The position numbers and the translations under genes are program-made. Below the pieces are notes generated by a model. That model was not told where the DNA came from, did no database searches, and worked only from the letters and a program-made list of their open reading frames with translations. From Asterias rubens (Eukaryota): DNA of 64,000 nucleotides. The stretch lies in contig NC_047067.1 in NCBI RefSeq assembly GCF_902459465.1, forward strand, positions 10,292,001 through 10,356,000, given 5' to 3'. Every line of letters begins with the position of its first letter. Position 1 is the first letter of the stretch. Below are positions 1 through 11,669 of this stretch, one piece after another.

Positions 1-1001
1 TGACTGAAACGAAATAATTTTTTTTTTTTAATAACCAAAGCAAGTGAGATTTTATTTTGACCATAAGGCAGTAATTTGCCAGCCTTTGAAGTATAGCTAT
101 ATTCGCCAAACGTCATGTCCATATCAACGTTGCTCGCAATGGGCTATAGCCGTTGGGAATTCTTGACTACTTATTTCACATCTCACCAGGGAGTCTAAGA
201 ATAAGACGTATCATGAGCTCCCTGTTTCCATGGAGTCAAATTCTCAAAGTGTATAGCTCTCCCCTTGTTGAAATGGACGTCCGACCTTGTGATGTTAGGT
301 GAATTCTCATTAGAAAATTCCAAAATTTTCTGTTGATGACGACATTTACAAATTACATCATAGTGACGTAACTTACGCGTCCATGCATGTAAGAAACACA
401 TATCTACACTAATAGATCTCTATGATGTGCAGGTGGCGCATTTTATTGTCTGCTGTGGATGAAGACATTCAGAATGTACGGGTCGAAACGTCGACAATTT
501 GTGTTTAGACGGATCTACAGGCTTGATCTGTTGGACGCAATTTTATGAAGTAAAACTATTAAACAGAATGTGAAATGGTAAATGACTCTGCGATCAAAGT
601 TAATAAGACCAGCACAGCTGCAAAGGCTATGAACATTGCATTAGCCGAATCATTTACACACTGGCGTCCATCATGGTTACCAGTGATCATGTTTTTCCAA
701 ATGGCCGATGAATATATTGACCAACAAGACCATCCTGCGCACCGTGTTCATACATCCCGTGTACGACTTTTTGTGGGGAAATTGTGTGGTGAAATCATAC
801 AACATTGGGAACGAGGTTGCAGCACGATGACTCCGAAAACGGGGAAATAGATGGAGTGCGTGATTCGATGTACCATTCGAAGCAAGCCGGAAACACAACT
901 GCTATTTCTTGTTAAGTTTGCCAGCAAAGCGAAATACAAGGTAACGACTATTAGTTGAAACTGTCGTTCTTGGTAGTTGGGTGATGGAAGTAAAAACTGT
1001 G

Positions 1002-1007
1002 TTTATT
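1002..1007 (-). terminator. Candidate polyadenylation signal of the Ly6 gene
   Basis: AATAAA on the minus strand about 290 nt past the stop codon; another lies at 447-442. Motif only. Confidence 0.3.
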
Positions 1008-1298
1008 TGCGTGCTAGCTAATAGCATCATCTACGGTGGCATGTTGTACCGTTGGTTGGCCTGCATAACTTTATGCACGTACGTACGCGCCCAAACGAGA
1101 TACCAAACTTTTCCGTAGCAATTTTGTTCCACGTACGCAGGCAGGTCGTACGGTAGCTTCACAAAGGCAAGTAGGACCTACACCTCACTCCGTATCCACT
1201 TCCCAGTGCCCTAGATCCATTGGCGACAGTCAAGTATTCCTGTGGTAGCATAGCAAGATGTTCGCACAGTTGCCAAAGTTCTCATTTCACATAAAAAG

Positions 1299-1585
1299 TC
1301 ACCGCCAATTACATCTTCCATATCCGCAACGCATCCAGTGCCAAAGAATACCAGACGACAGATACGTTACCATGACAACCCCGCCAAATAATAAAAGAGG
1401 GCTGGCGTTTTGTCTGTGCGCAGACGACAGCATGTTGCAGTTGTTTTCGTGGCAACACCACACGCATATATAGTCCTCGTTACTGACGTCGCATTTGCCA
1501 TTGTTGTAAGTTTTTTGCTCCTCCGAACAAAAAGTGTCGTCAACGCAACTCCTGGTGACTGTTTTCGGTCTGTAGTGGCTGCCAC
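1299..1585 (-). CDS. Ly6/uPAR protein, last coding exon (CCxxxxCN motif and hydrophobic C-terminus)
   Basis: Acceptor TTTTGGCAG|. Reads GSHYRPKTVTRSCVDDTFCSEEQKTYNNGKCDVSNEDYICVWCCHENNCNMLSSAHRQNASPLLLFGGVVMVTYLSSGILWHWMRCGYGRCNWR*. The three exons total 483 nt = 160 aa + stop. Confidence 0.93.
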
Positions 1586-2351
1586 CTGCCAAAATGAATA
1601 TGCAAATCAACATCCGGTCAACACAATCATACAGAGATGCCAAGTCCAGAGGCCTTTCGAAATCGCCACCCAACTTCTTCTTTTTTTTTTATTTAATTGT
1701 GGACAAACAAAGTGTTCCAAAATGCATCAACAACCTCTTCAGAATAATTAAAACTCACATGAGTTACACAGGAGATGTTGATGGTTAATGTGGAGGTACG
1801 ATTGTGTCAGATTATTTCCTACCAAACTTTTAAAAAAATCGACTAAAAATGATGTCCAAAATCCTCCGCTAGTGGAGCGCATTTAACGAATTTGCTAAAC
1901 GAATCGGGTAAACTTGTGCGCAATAAGCATTTTGCGCTCTGCCAAATTTTAGCTGAACCTGGTGGAAGAGCAAAAGCGTGCGCAATCTGCAAATTTGCGC
2001 TCTGTTTGTACAAAGTTTGTACACAATGATGATTCTGATAAACTGCGTGCAATCTGTAGATTGTGCAAACATTGTAGATTGCTTTTTTGTACACACGAGC
2101 GCGATTTGGCAATGCATGTCGTTAATTTTTATTATTTTCCCGGTCTGGCCCCAATGCGTGAGAAAATGGTTGCTGTGCGTGTGAGCGTGAGACAGAGCCC
2201 AAAATGCGTGAGCCTCACTCCTATTTATCTCTGAAAAGACTCTTCTTTTCCCTTACTTCCTACCCCCGTATTCCTCTTCCCTTAATCTCAAGAGAAATGC
2301 GGGCAATGTGTCGACCCTCCTGCATTTTAACCGCCAATTTTCACATCTTAC

Positions 2352-2477
2352 CTTCGTATTTGATTTGTGTGAAGCACGTGTGGTATCCAACGGTGCATTG
2401 ATCTACATAACCGTTCTGTCTGCATTCGTCGTCGTTTCTGGAAGTAGCTGGGCAGGAGAAGCACTCCATTGTTTCAG
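2352..2477 (-). CDS. Ly6/uPAR protein, coding exon 2 (first half of LU domain)
   Basis: Acceptor TTTATTCTGCAG| and donor G|GTAAG; 126 nt, phase 1/1. Reads (A)ETMECFSCPATSRNDDECRQNGYVDQCTVGYHTCFTQIKYE(G), with the CxxC start and 5 Cys. Confidence 0.93.
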
Positions 2478-4224
2478 CTGCAGAATAAACCAGTAGAATT
2501 TGATTGAACTTCATACATTTTTAACCCAAGTATTGTAATGAGGATTGGATCGAACAATTTTCTATGCAGATACGGATGAAGTGGCAACTTTCTCATGTAA
2601 AAGAGTGAAAATTTCACTCTCATGCTTGAATGGTATCAGTTTTGCTCTTTAGAAAGTGAATGTCAATCTGTGTCCCTCTTTCTGAGTGAACTTGAAACTA
2701 ACTTCACTCTAATCAGATTAAGGTACCCGTCTTTTACTCTGAAAATAGTTGTCCGTCATATGGCTCTTGCAAGAGTGGTAAGGGGGATAAAACGAGTGGT
2801 GTTCACTCTTTTACCTTCTTGACAATGACATAACAAAATATTTTTATAGATAATTTTACCTAAAACATATTTTGCTTTAACCCTCGTTGTGTGAGTAGGC
2901 ATTTTCTTTTATTTTATACGCATTTTTGATACTTTGTTTCTTCATCATTACTTAACCACAAACTTAGGTCAGTTACAGGATGTCCGCATGATAGAAGTAT
3001 TTAAAATATAGCATTTGTTTGTTTCGTCCGTCTACACGGCGTTGTTTTTACCTTTCAGTAGACGGTCTTGTAATTGGAAATACATAAGTAAAAATTTAAA
3101 ATCCCACCACAATAAACACCCACAATGAAACTCATTGATCAGGTTGTCATAACGTATCGTTATAAACCTATACATTAATCTACCTTTATACTACTCGTTG
3201 ATATAAATATTTCCCTTTTCCAGAGTTGAAGGAAAACTAATCATGTTGCTTAACACGCCGAAAGCGACATGATTTAATCACAGACTGACCTTGTCACAAG
3301 CCTTCCAACACGATCCCACTAAATCACGTCGTGTATAGAATTGAGGAGGAGGAGGAGGAGGAGGATGGAGGGGGGGGGGTAGTTGTAAATGTAATTCATT
3401 TTACGTCTTGATTTTTATCGAGAGCGAGTCCGTCTCCACGCACACCTGCCAATAGATTACGAGGGCCGGCCCATAATGGAATGGTCGAGTCGCATGTGGT
3501 ATAACCCCATCTCCCTCTAATTGATGTGTAGTAATGCTAGGCACGATCGCCACTAGGTAATCAAATGAAGGGAAGACCTGTCCGTAAAGGTTATAAGGAC
3601 ACATGACACGGTGACCGATCGGCAAAGGTATAATATAACATGAGCTCCGACCAATTTAAAGATGCAGGGGAGTTATGCATTCCCCAGATGGAATCAGCTC
3701 CTCATAAATTAACGGGGGTGAACAAAGATTATGGAGACCAGTGCCGCTAAAGCAGCGTTGCACCATAGGATATTACATTATAGGCTAATTGAATTGTGAA
3801 ATAGGACTATCCGCAACATGCACGAACTTATGAGGGCGCCGTTTAAACAAGGATTTTCTACTCGATCTCTAATACAGTTAAAGGGTAACAGCATGCTTAT
3901 AATGTTTTAGAAACCAGTCGACCGTGAAGACATTTTGATTTCATATAGTTCCAGCTATGGAACTATGATTTGTCTTGGGATGCATTAAACATCGTACATG
4001 AAGTGTACAGTTTAGTATCACTTGCAGTCTGACGTCATGAAGATACTAACATTTTACCTTGGTTGGTATAGCAGGCTTAATATGCGTGCACACCAGCTCT
4101 CGGAAGTGCAGTAAAGGCTATTCTGTGCACTACGAAAATCGCATGCCCAACTTTACTAGGTCTATAACACCAAGGTGCCCAGTGGTTGAAAGCCTTAGAG
4201 GCTTTGTAAAAAAAAAATGAGAGC

Positions 4225-4400
4225 TTAAAGGATTCGGTTACTTTTTCAAAATGTCCATAGAGTAACATCAAACTTACAGGGTTTGAAGATAATGATAGAG
4301 GGAAGCTTCCCTTCAAATATTACTTACTGAGGTGCTATAGTTTTGAGAAATGAGTAAAACAATGACATGAAAATATGTTTGTAAATGATTAAAATAATGA
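4225..4400. mobile_element. TTAA-flanked MITE family 2, left half
   Basis: TTAAAGGATTCGGTTACTTTTTC...GAAGCTTCCCTTCAAATATTACTTACTGAGGTGCT, matching 62708 onward. Confidence 0.75.
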
Positions 4401-4488
4401 TTTACTCAATAGATTATGACCCACCGGTCGCCAGACTGACACAAGTTTGGTATACCACATCATTCGTATCTGCAAACGCCTTAAACAT

Positions 4489-5285
4489 ATTATAATAATA
4501 TAATAATAATAAAACCATTCTTATATAGCGCATATCACCGTGAGGTCCCTATGCGCTGTAAAAGGAAATCAACAATTATTGTACAAAGTAAACAGATATG
4601 TTTTCAACCGGGTTTTGAATTGTTCTGATGTCTCAGCCTGTTTGACAACCTCTGGAAGACTGTTCCATAACTGAACTGCTGCATATTGGAAAGAGCGGGG
4701 GGGGGGGGGGTCAGAAGGGATTTATTTGAAGATCGCAGATTCCTGGTTGTTTTGTACTCCTGAACTAAGCTTTGAAGATAAACAGGGGCAATACCATGGA
4801 TACATTGATAAGTCAGAACCAAAACTTTAAAATCAATTCTAGCCCGTATTGGTAGCCAATGTAGATCCTTAAGAATGGGTGTGATGGATTCGCGAGTGCG
4901 AGTTCTGGTGACAAGTCTGGCCGCTGAATTTTGTATGCGTTGTAATCTGGCAATCTGAGTGACCGGTAGTCCGTAAAGAAGGCTATATTGCAGGTATCTA
5001 TGCGGCACATTACAAAGGAATGAACCAAATTTTCAGTAGATTTCACATCCAGATATTGTCTGATGGAGCCAATTCTATGAAGAGCAAACGAAGCAGCACG
5101 ACAAACATTGCTGACATGATTGTTAAGTGAAAGATGGGTATCAAACAGAACTCCGAGGTTGCGAGCACTTGACACTGGGCATATGGAGGTATTGTTTAAT
5201 GTGATACTTGAGAGAGGACTAACGGGTCTGTGACCGACGATTTTGAGAAAAGAGACGGATACCTTTTGTTCAATATTTGTCATTT
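4489..5285 (-). mobile_element. 5'-truncated L2/CR1-group LINE (RT C-terminus, 3'UTR hairpin, (ATT)n tail)
   Basis: Frames read SARNLGVLFD.HLS...HV..VCR.A...L.RI..IR.YL then LYGLP...RLQRIQNSAARLV...ITPILKDLHWLPI..RIDFKVL. A 2-nt frameshift lies near 4990; the 3' end is GCGCATAG...TATGCGCT followed by an ATT tail. Confidence 0.92.
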
Positions 5286-6183
5286 AGTGGAAAACATGTT
5301 GTATACGTATAGTGATGGACGCAAAGTAACTAATATACTCGAACTCCATGATAAGACTTCAACAACCTTTTTGTACAAAATTAATATACACTTCAACATC
5401 ACTAAACTAAAAAACTAGTACGTCATGCATAAGGTCGTACACAAACGGCATTTGTTTCGTCTAATGTAACTGTACAGGATACGACAATATAACAAACATT
5501 CTTAGTAAATTACGCAAATTAATTTGTTGAAAATAACTATTGTCTAATTTGGTTATTATATTTCAGCGCCAGGGCTCAACACCTATTTGCTTACAAAAAT
5601 GGCCACAATATGCATAATACACTCCATGTTACATAGGCTCATGTTGCCATCACCAGTGCGATGAACTCTATTCGCTATGCACAATGTCCTGGCTCGTCAT
5701 TACTTAAACATCTCCGCAAGAAACAGCCTTATTAAACACGGTCTCCAATAATAAAATTGCCGGAATTTTGCTTCGTTTAAGCAGACTTAAAACGGAAGTG
5801 AGGGGAGCGTGGAAGGAGAGCCGTGGGGCGAACCCAGCGCGATAACTCGTTTACATACCCCCGTTAATTAGAGAGAGGAGTCCCCTCGGCCGTTCGCGCT
5901 ACGGATCAGCGTGGGGGGACTTTTACTTCACGCATGGACTGTAATTGATTGGTGTATCGTGTGTATAAATGTATATACATGTATATTTGGCAGCTACGGC
6001 GAACCTGTAATGCTAGTTCTCATACCCAGGCAAAGTCGTAGCCCCAAAAAGTTTTCCCGAGGGGTGGTGGTCAAAGTAATATTCTGAGTTTTTTCCTATG
6101 CCGCGCCTAGCGGGCCTGCTTAACCGACATACCTAGCAGCTTCAGCCCTGTTTCCATCGATGCCGCTGATTATTCAAGAGCCT

Positions 6184-6218
<35 letters not shown>

Positions 6219-9200
6219 AGCAGCTCCCGCTTTTTTCCATCGTTGCATTCGGCATAGCCGAAGTCCTAGTTTAGGTCATTCAAGTATGTGTGGTGAGTAC
6301 CATCTCTTCGGCTACCCATCCGCTTATAAACCACAGTTTGCCGCTAGAGATTTAACATTATTGTTGTTGTCTTTGAATGCAACATTCCTATGTGCGTTGA
6401 CCATGACGTCACACGCATGCGTATCTGCTGCATGCACGATCAAATGTGCCACTTCTTCTGGCAGTAAAGCTGGCATAGGTTCGTGTAAAATGTTTACAAA
6501 AGGTCGTAAATTTCTTCTTTCAAATGCATTTCTTATAACATAAACTTTTCATTTAGAGACGAGCTTTAGTCTATGAAGAACGGAAAAGCCAAAGTCCCAA
6601 GTGCAACCAATCTGAAGTACGGTGGACACTATTGGGCTTGAGGGTCCCAAGTCAAATTTACCCGAGGCCAAATAACATGTCTTCAAAATGGGATTTGAAG
6701 CACTGCTGACTGAAATAAAAAATTGGTGTGGGCGGTACGGTAACGCCGTGAATGTATATCTACTTGCTGGGTAGATAGTGTTCTTTGAGAACTTGTCTTG
6801 CGTGTCTTGAAATTACTTAACACGTGCAGACGACCGATACCAGAGTCACTGGATTGCTCTTTTTTGCTAAACTGTGTTTGTCGGTTATTAAATCAAGAAA
6901 GAAAATGTCTGCGTCAATGTCTGTTTTGTACGTCATTTTCACAAGCCTCCCGTGCTTTGAGGGACACTTCAACTAATAAAGTCACACCACCCACGTTTTT
7001 TTTTCGTTTTACCGCCTGGACTCTTTACCCGATCCCTACGAGAGTGGTTTCATTGTAAATGAGATCCGGTCAAGAAATCCACTTTGTTGTCTTAAAAAAC
7101 AACCTCCATTTTGTTTATTATAGAATTCCCAAACTTTCGGAAGCAAATCTTTAGCCCATTAGACTGTAGGGGGAATAGTCACGGAAATGCTGTTTTCAAT
7201 AAATATTTCTTCGCGGAAGTCCAATGAATATCATACCCGGTACCCAAACAACCTCGTGAGGATCCTGACGTGTGCATTTTATACCTTACGGCACTTATTT
7301 GCATCTCCATCTTGCAATATTGTCCACCATTCATTATTGATGCTTTATCACGTTCGAGAGAGCTGATCTGTACGTAAAAGCTAAAGTGAAAAAGCTGTAT
7401 ACATTCTGTAGGATATCACTAGTTATTGAACATCGAGTTCAAAGTTCTAGCCGACTAGCAGAACCGAAAATGAGTGTCTTATTGAGAGAAGCAATGGTTT
7501 AAAAACCCAGCAGGTTTTAACACTATGTAGTGTGCTTTGGATAATGATTCTTAAAACCCCAACTGTTTTTTTTTTTTCGTTAAATTTTGGCTTACCTTCA
7601 GCCTCGGTTTAGATTTCAATGCTCTGAACGCGGAATAACAAAATGTCGCCACCATGATGCTGCTTGAAAGGTGACCTGGAGTTTTAGTGTCAGCTTCAAA
7701 ACACACTTTGTGCTAATAGATTCAGCTGTATCGTACGTCATCATATTACTTTTCTATCACACTGACTTCGCAAGAACTCTGATGATTAATTCCTAATTAA
7801 CTGAATGTTACCACCATGTGTGTTTTCCTACACGCCAGCTTCAGCCTCTTTTTTCCAAGGGCGACTTAAATTCCCGAAACCAGAGTGTCCGCCGTTCCCA
7901 TAAGGTGCAAACCTATACCGTATTGGTTTACCGAGTTGTCTGAAAGTGTCATCCTCAAGAAATATGTTCCACCATCTTGGTCGTGTTCACTGTACCCAAC
8001 AACATTAATGGATGCTAACATTCATCGAGCAAAAAGGAACCAGACTATTTGCCATTCCATCCTCGTTTTTGTTACATTGATTTGAACGGGAGAAAATCAA
8101 GATGGCCGCACCATGATAACGGTCTAAACGCGTGTTGCCGCGCAATCAAAATCATAATAACCATTCGCTCACATCCCTTAACTGTTCATACAACTTGTTA
8201 AGTTAAATGTTAGTTTTCTACCAAGAATACTTGATGGTAAGAAATCAAGCAGCAATACCCCCATACCTCTACAAGACGTGTATGGACACCTATATTTCAA
8301 TGAGTTTTGTTCACAGGCTATAGCTGTGAAATTTCCCCTGAGAAACCAACTATTGTTTGTTGAGTAACGACCCTTTAAGATGGTGTGACGAATCAAGTCA
8401 CGACAAGAGGTACTTCTTGGCTCACTGGCGTTTCTTCATTCAAGAACAGCATCCGTCGATGATTAATTTGACATTTCGCTCTGACATATTTCTTTTCTTT
8501 TGGCGTCTAGACTTTATTTATATACAAATATATTGGTGGAGTCAGAGGGGGTTCTTCAATACTCAACAACGATTCATGTGATGACACGACGTTTGTAGGA
8601 CAAGTCAATTCGTAACGTAGAAAAATAAACTTGGCCCCAGTCCTTTGATTAATATTAAAGACAATGTAACTTGTGGCATCACATGTTTACAGACGGAGAC
8701 CCAGGACTTCCTGCCGGCACGATATGTGCACAGCGCAATGGCAGAAAACATCAACTCTGATGGTTTATGAAGATTGCACTGTCCGATTTCTATCAACTAA
8801 TGGTGTGAAGACTTCCTGCTTCTTCTCACACGTAGGCATAACTTGCTTTACTGAGATGTAACACACAGAGACATCCCAACAGCTTTTAATTGCATGTGAT
8901 GTATCTCTTTGGATTTCATTGTCTGATGCATGTTTCCCTCCCATCCTACAATCTAGACTGTTTTAAGACGAACATCAATTCCTATCCTTCAGCTCCCTGC
9001 TGGGTAATTTCCATCTTGCATTTTCCTCTTGTAGCCCCTTACACAGGGAGTGGCTTTTAGCCTTGTCTGGGGGAGGAGATTTGTTCAGCCGTTATCTTGT
9101 ATAACACTTGAACTAAATAAGTGTGGAAATTATGAAACAAAGTGTACAACTTCGGCCATTTTTAAAAAGTAAAATTACGCGACGAAATAGTTAAATTTGG

Positions 9201-9459
9201 AGCTGAAAACACCGCAAATAATCGAAGTAACAAAACGCGATAAATTTCATTCTAGACCTAGAAGCCTACAGCAAATTGTCAATATTTGTAATGTTCGTAA
9301 CGTGAGAACAGTATACTGTTCTCACGTTACGAACATTACATACCCTCCAATAACCGAGCAATTTCCATCGGACATCTCATTTATCCTCGGATGGCATTGA
9401 TTTGAGTAATGTTGTGTGTTTAAACTCTAAGTACATCTGACAGCTTGATTTGATTGTAA

Positions 9460-9490
<31 letters not shown>

Positions 9491-10416
9491 TGGGGGGGTG
9501 CGACTAACACTTCACATCTCCAGGTGTGGCCAATAATTTGACGAAACGTGACTCAAGCCGACATAAAGAATCATGGAAAGATGCCACTTATACGGTGACG
9601 TGGCTACAAGGCTACAATTTATGTTTTACATACCGCGCACATAGAGTCTTGTCATTTTGATTGGTGGCACACGCGTCACGTGTCGTTCATTAACTTGCCA
9701 TTGATTTTACTTTCGTAACCATTCAAGATGTCATACTGGACATGCGACCGACCAAGAATGCGCCCCACTATTAAATAAAGTCCCATTAGTATACAGAAGA
9801 GCAAAATGCTAAATATTGAAAATATACACGACTCCACAAAAGTGCGTATCGTGTTAGTTAACGGCGTAAAAGGAAAGCCGTGCAATTTGGAGCTAATTGG
9901 ATCATTTTACTTTTAAAAACATCTTTTGAACCATATGCATTTTATAACGAACAGGTTTAAACGTTTCCATAGATCAACTCGCCCGATCCAAGGTAACGTG
10001 CCTCTTTAAACTAAATCACGACACTGTTAGAAGAATGAATGCGCTCTCGGTATATCCCCTTTGCATTTGGCTCCAAGTTTCCTGAAAAATATGTATCGTG
10101 TGACATGGCCTTATAAAAGTCTTTTCACATGCCCCCTCGGGTCTATTAGCCTAATTTGCTTCTTTCAAAACCAGTGTTGTGTAAAAGATCTTGCCGAACC
10201 ACTCAACCAAAATGGTATACTTCTTACGGTTGCTTGCTGTAAATAACAACAAATATTCATGTTTTTCTGGTCGATTTCAGCAAAAGTTCATTTAGATTCA
10301 CTAACACACATTCGAATTCAACCAGGTTTCCCAAATTCAATCAAACTATAGCGTTTCTTTGTAGCTACTTATGATGCATTCAATTTCATTTCGCGCGCAC
10401 ATGATTTCGTTTTCTT

Positions 10417-10759
10417 GATTACGAGTAATGGGGAGAGGTTGATAGTATAAAACATTGTGAGAAACAGCTCCCTCTAAAGTGACGTAGTTTTCGAGAAAGA
10501 AGTATCTTTCTACGGATTTGACTTCGAGACCTCAGATTTAGAATTTGAGGTCTCGAAATCAAGCATCTGAAAGCACACAACTTCGTGTGACCATGGTATG
10601 ACAAGGGTGTTTTTGTTTTCTTTCATTAATATCTCGCAACTTCGACGACCGATTGAGCTCAAATTTTCACAGGTTTGTTATTTCATGCATAATATGTTGA
10701 GATACACCAAATGTGAAGGCTAGTCTTTGACAATTACCAATAGTGTCCTGTGTCTTTAA
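10417..10759 (+). mobile_element. TTAA-flanked MITE family 1 (AGGCACTGGACAC TIR), 5'-truncated copy
   Basis: Shared internal sequence (GATAGTATAAAACATTGTGAGAAAC, GCATCTGAAAGCACACAA) and right end TTACCAATAGTGTCC.GTGTCTTTAA. Confidence 0.85.
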
Positions 10760-11112
10760 AGGCATTCATGACAACACTTTTTCTTAATTCTTCAGTTGAA
10801 GTTATATAGGCCTTGGTTTTTGCCTTGAATTAAATTTAAACGATCTATATTTGACCCGTTAATGCGGTTAAAATCTGGAACGAACATCCTCAACATATCT
10901 CTAATATTTCTGATGTGCACACTTTTACATTAATTGTCAAACTCATCATTTCAAGATGCACCCTTTACTTCATATAGTATTGCTGTTATCTATTGTTAAT
11001 CTTTGTTTCCTCTGCATGCGCCTTGAAAGGCCCTTTAAATTGAATAGGAGCATTACAGTTGCCTTTTATTGGTTCATTTATTTAGTTATTTTAAAATCTT
11101 CAGACATAATAA

Positions 11113-11669
11113 TTAAAGTCACCTGGAAATAATTTTTTTTTTATTTCAAACATAAGAGTATATGCTTACGAACAATAAAACAATTTTTTTAGTAATTGTT
11201 TGATATATAAAGTTGTTTGGGGGCTGACTCCGCCTACCCCTTTTGTGACGTCAATCGAGGCAGACTTTGCCATGCGTATAGTAAACACACGTGCAAAGTA
11301 CATGTACGTCCAAGTCGTGAGTTGGTACATTTCAAAAAGTGTTTTTTCTGCATTCAGCAGCAATACACCTGGTCGGCATTGCCGGAAAAAAACAATTTTT
11401 TTGTTGTTGAAACTTACAAACTCACGACTGGGTCCGTACATGTACTTTGCAATTGTGTTTACTCTACGCATTACAGGCAAAGTCTGCCTCGATTGACGTC
11501 GCGAACAGCGCCCTCTCGGGTCGGGGTCTACTCTTAAATTTGTAAATAACATAAAAACTGATTTTTTTAAAACCTAAGTTAACTGTTTATTCACATTCCA
11601 CTCATCAAAACACATATATTAGTGACAAAAGCTTTATTTTGAAAAAATACCACTTCCAGGTGACTTTAA
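11113..11669. mobile_element. TTAA-flanked MITE family 3, copy 1 (Kolobok-like)
   Basis: TTAA-AGTCACCTGGAA...TTCCAGGTGACT-TTAA with nested internal inverted repeats; a near-identical copy lies at 25649-26241. Confidence 0.88.

Noticed and set aside
560-940. ORFs 575-850 (+) and 677-898 (-), a plus-strand AAG|GTAACG donor, and 'NIFIGHLEK' resembling a Penelope RT motif
   Set aside because: No frame gives a recognisable domain, and the flanking RT motifs are absent.
2308-2496. Plus-strand ORF resembling a signal peptide plus 'ALHCFSC' (Ly6-like start)
   Set aside because: It is the antisense of the true minus-strand exon 2. It has no ATG, stops after five more codons and has no convincing donor.
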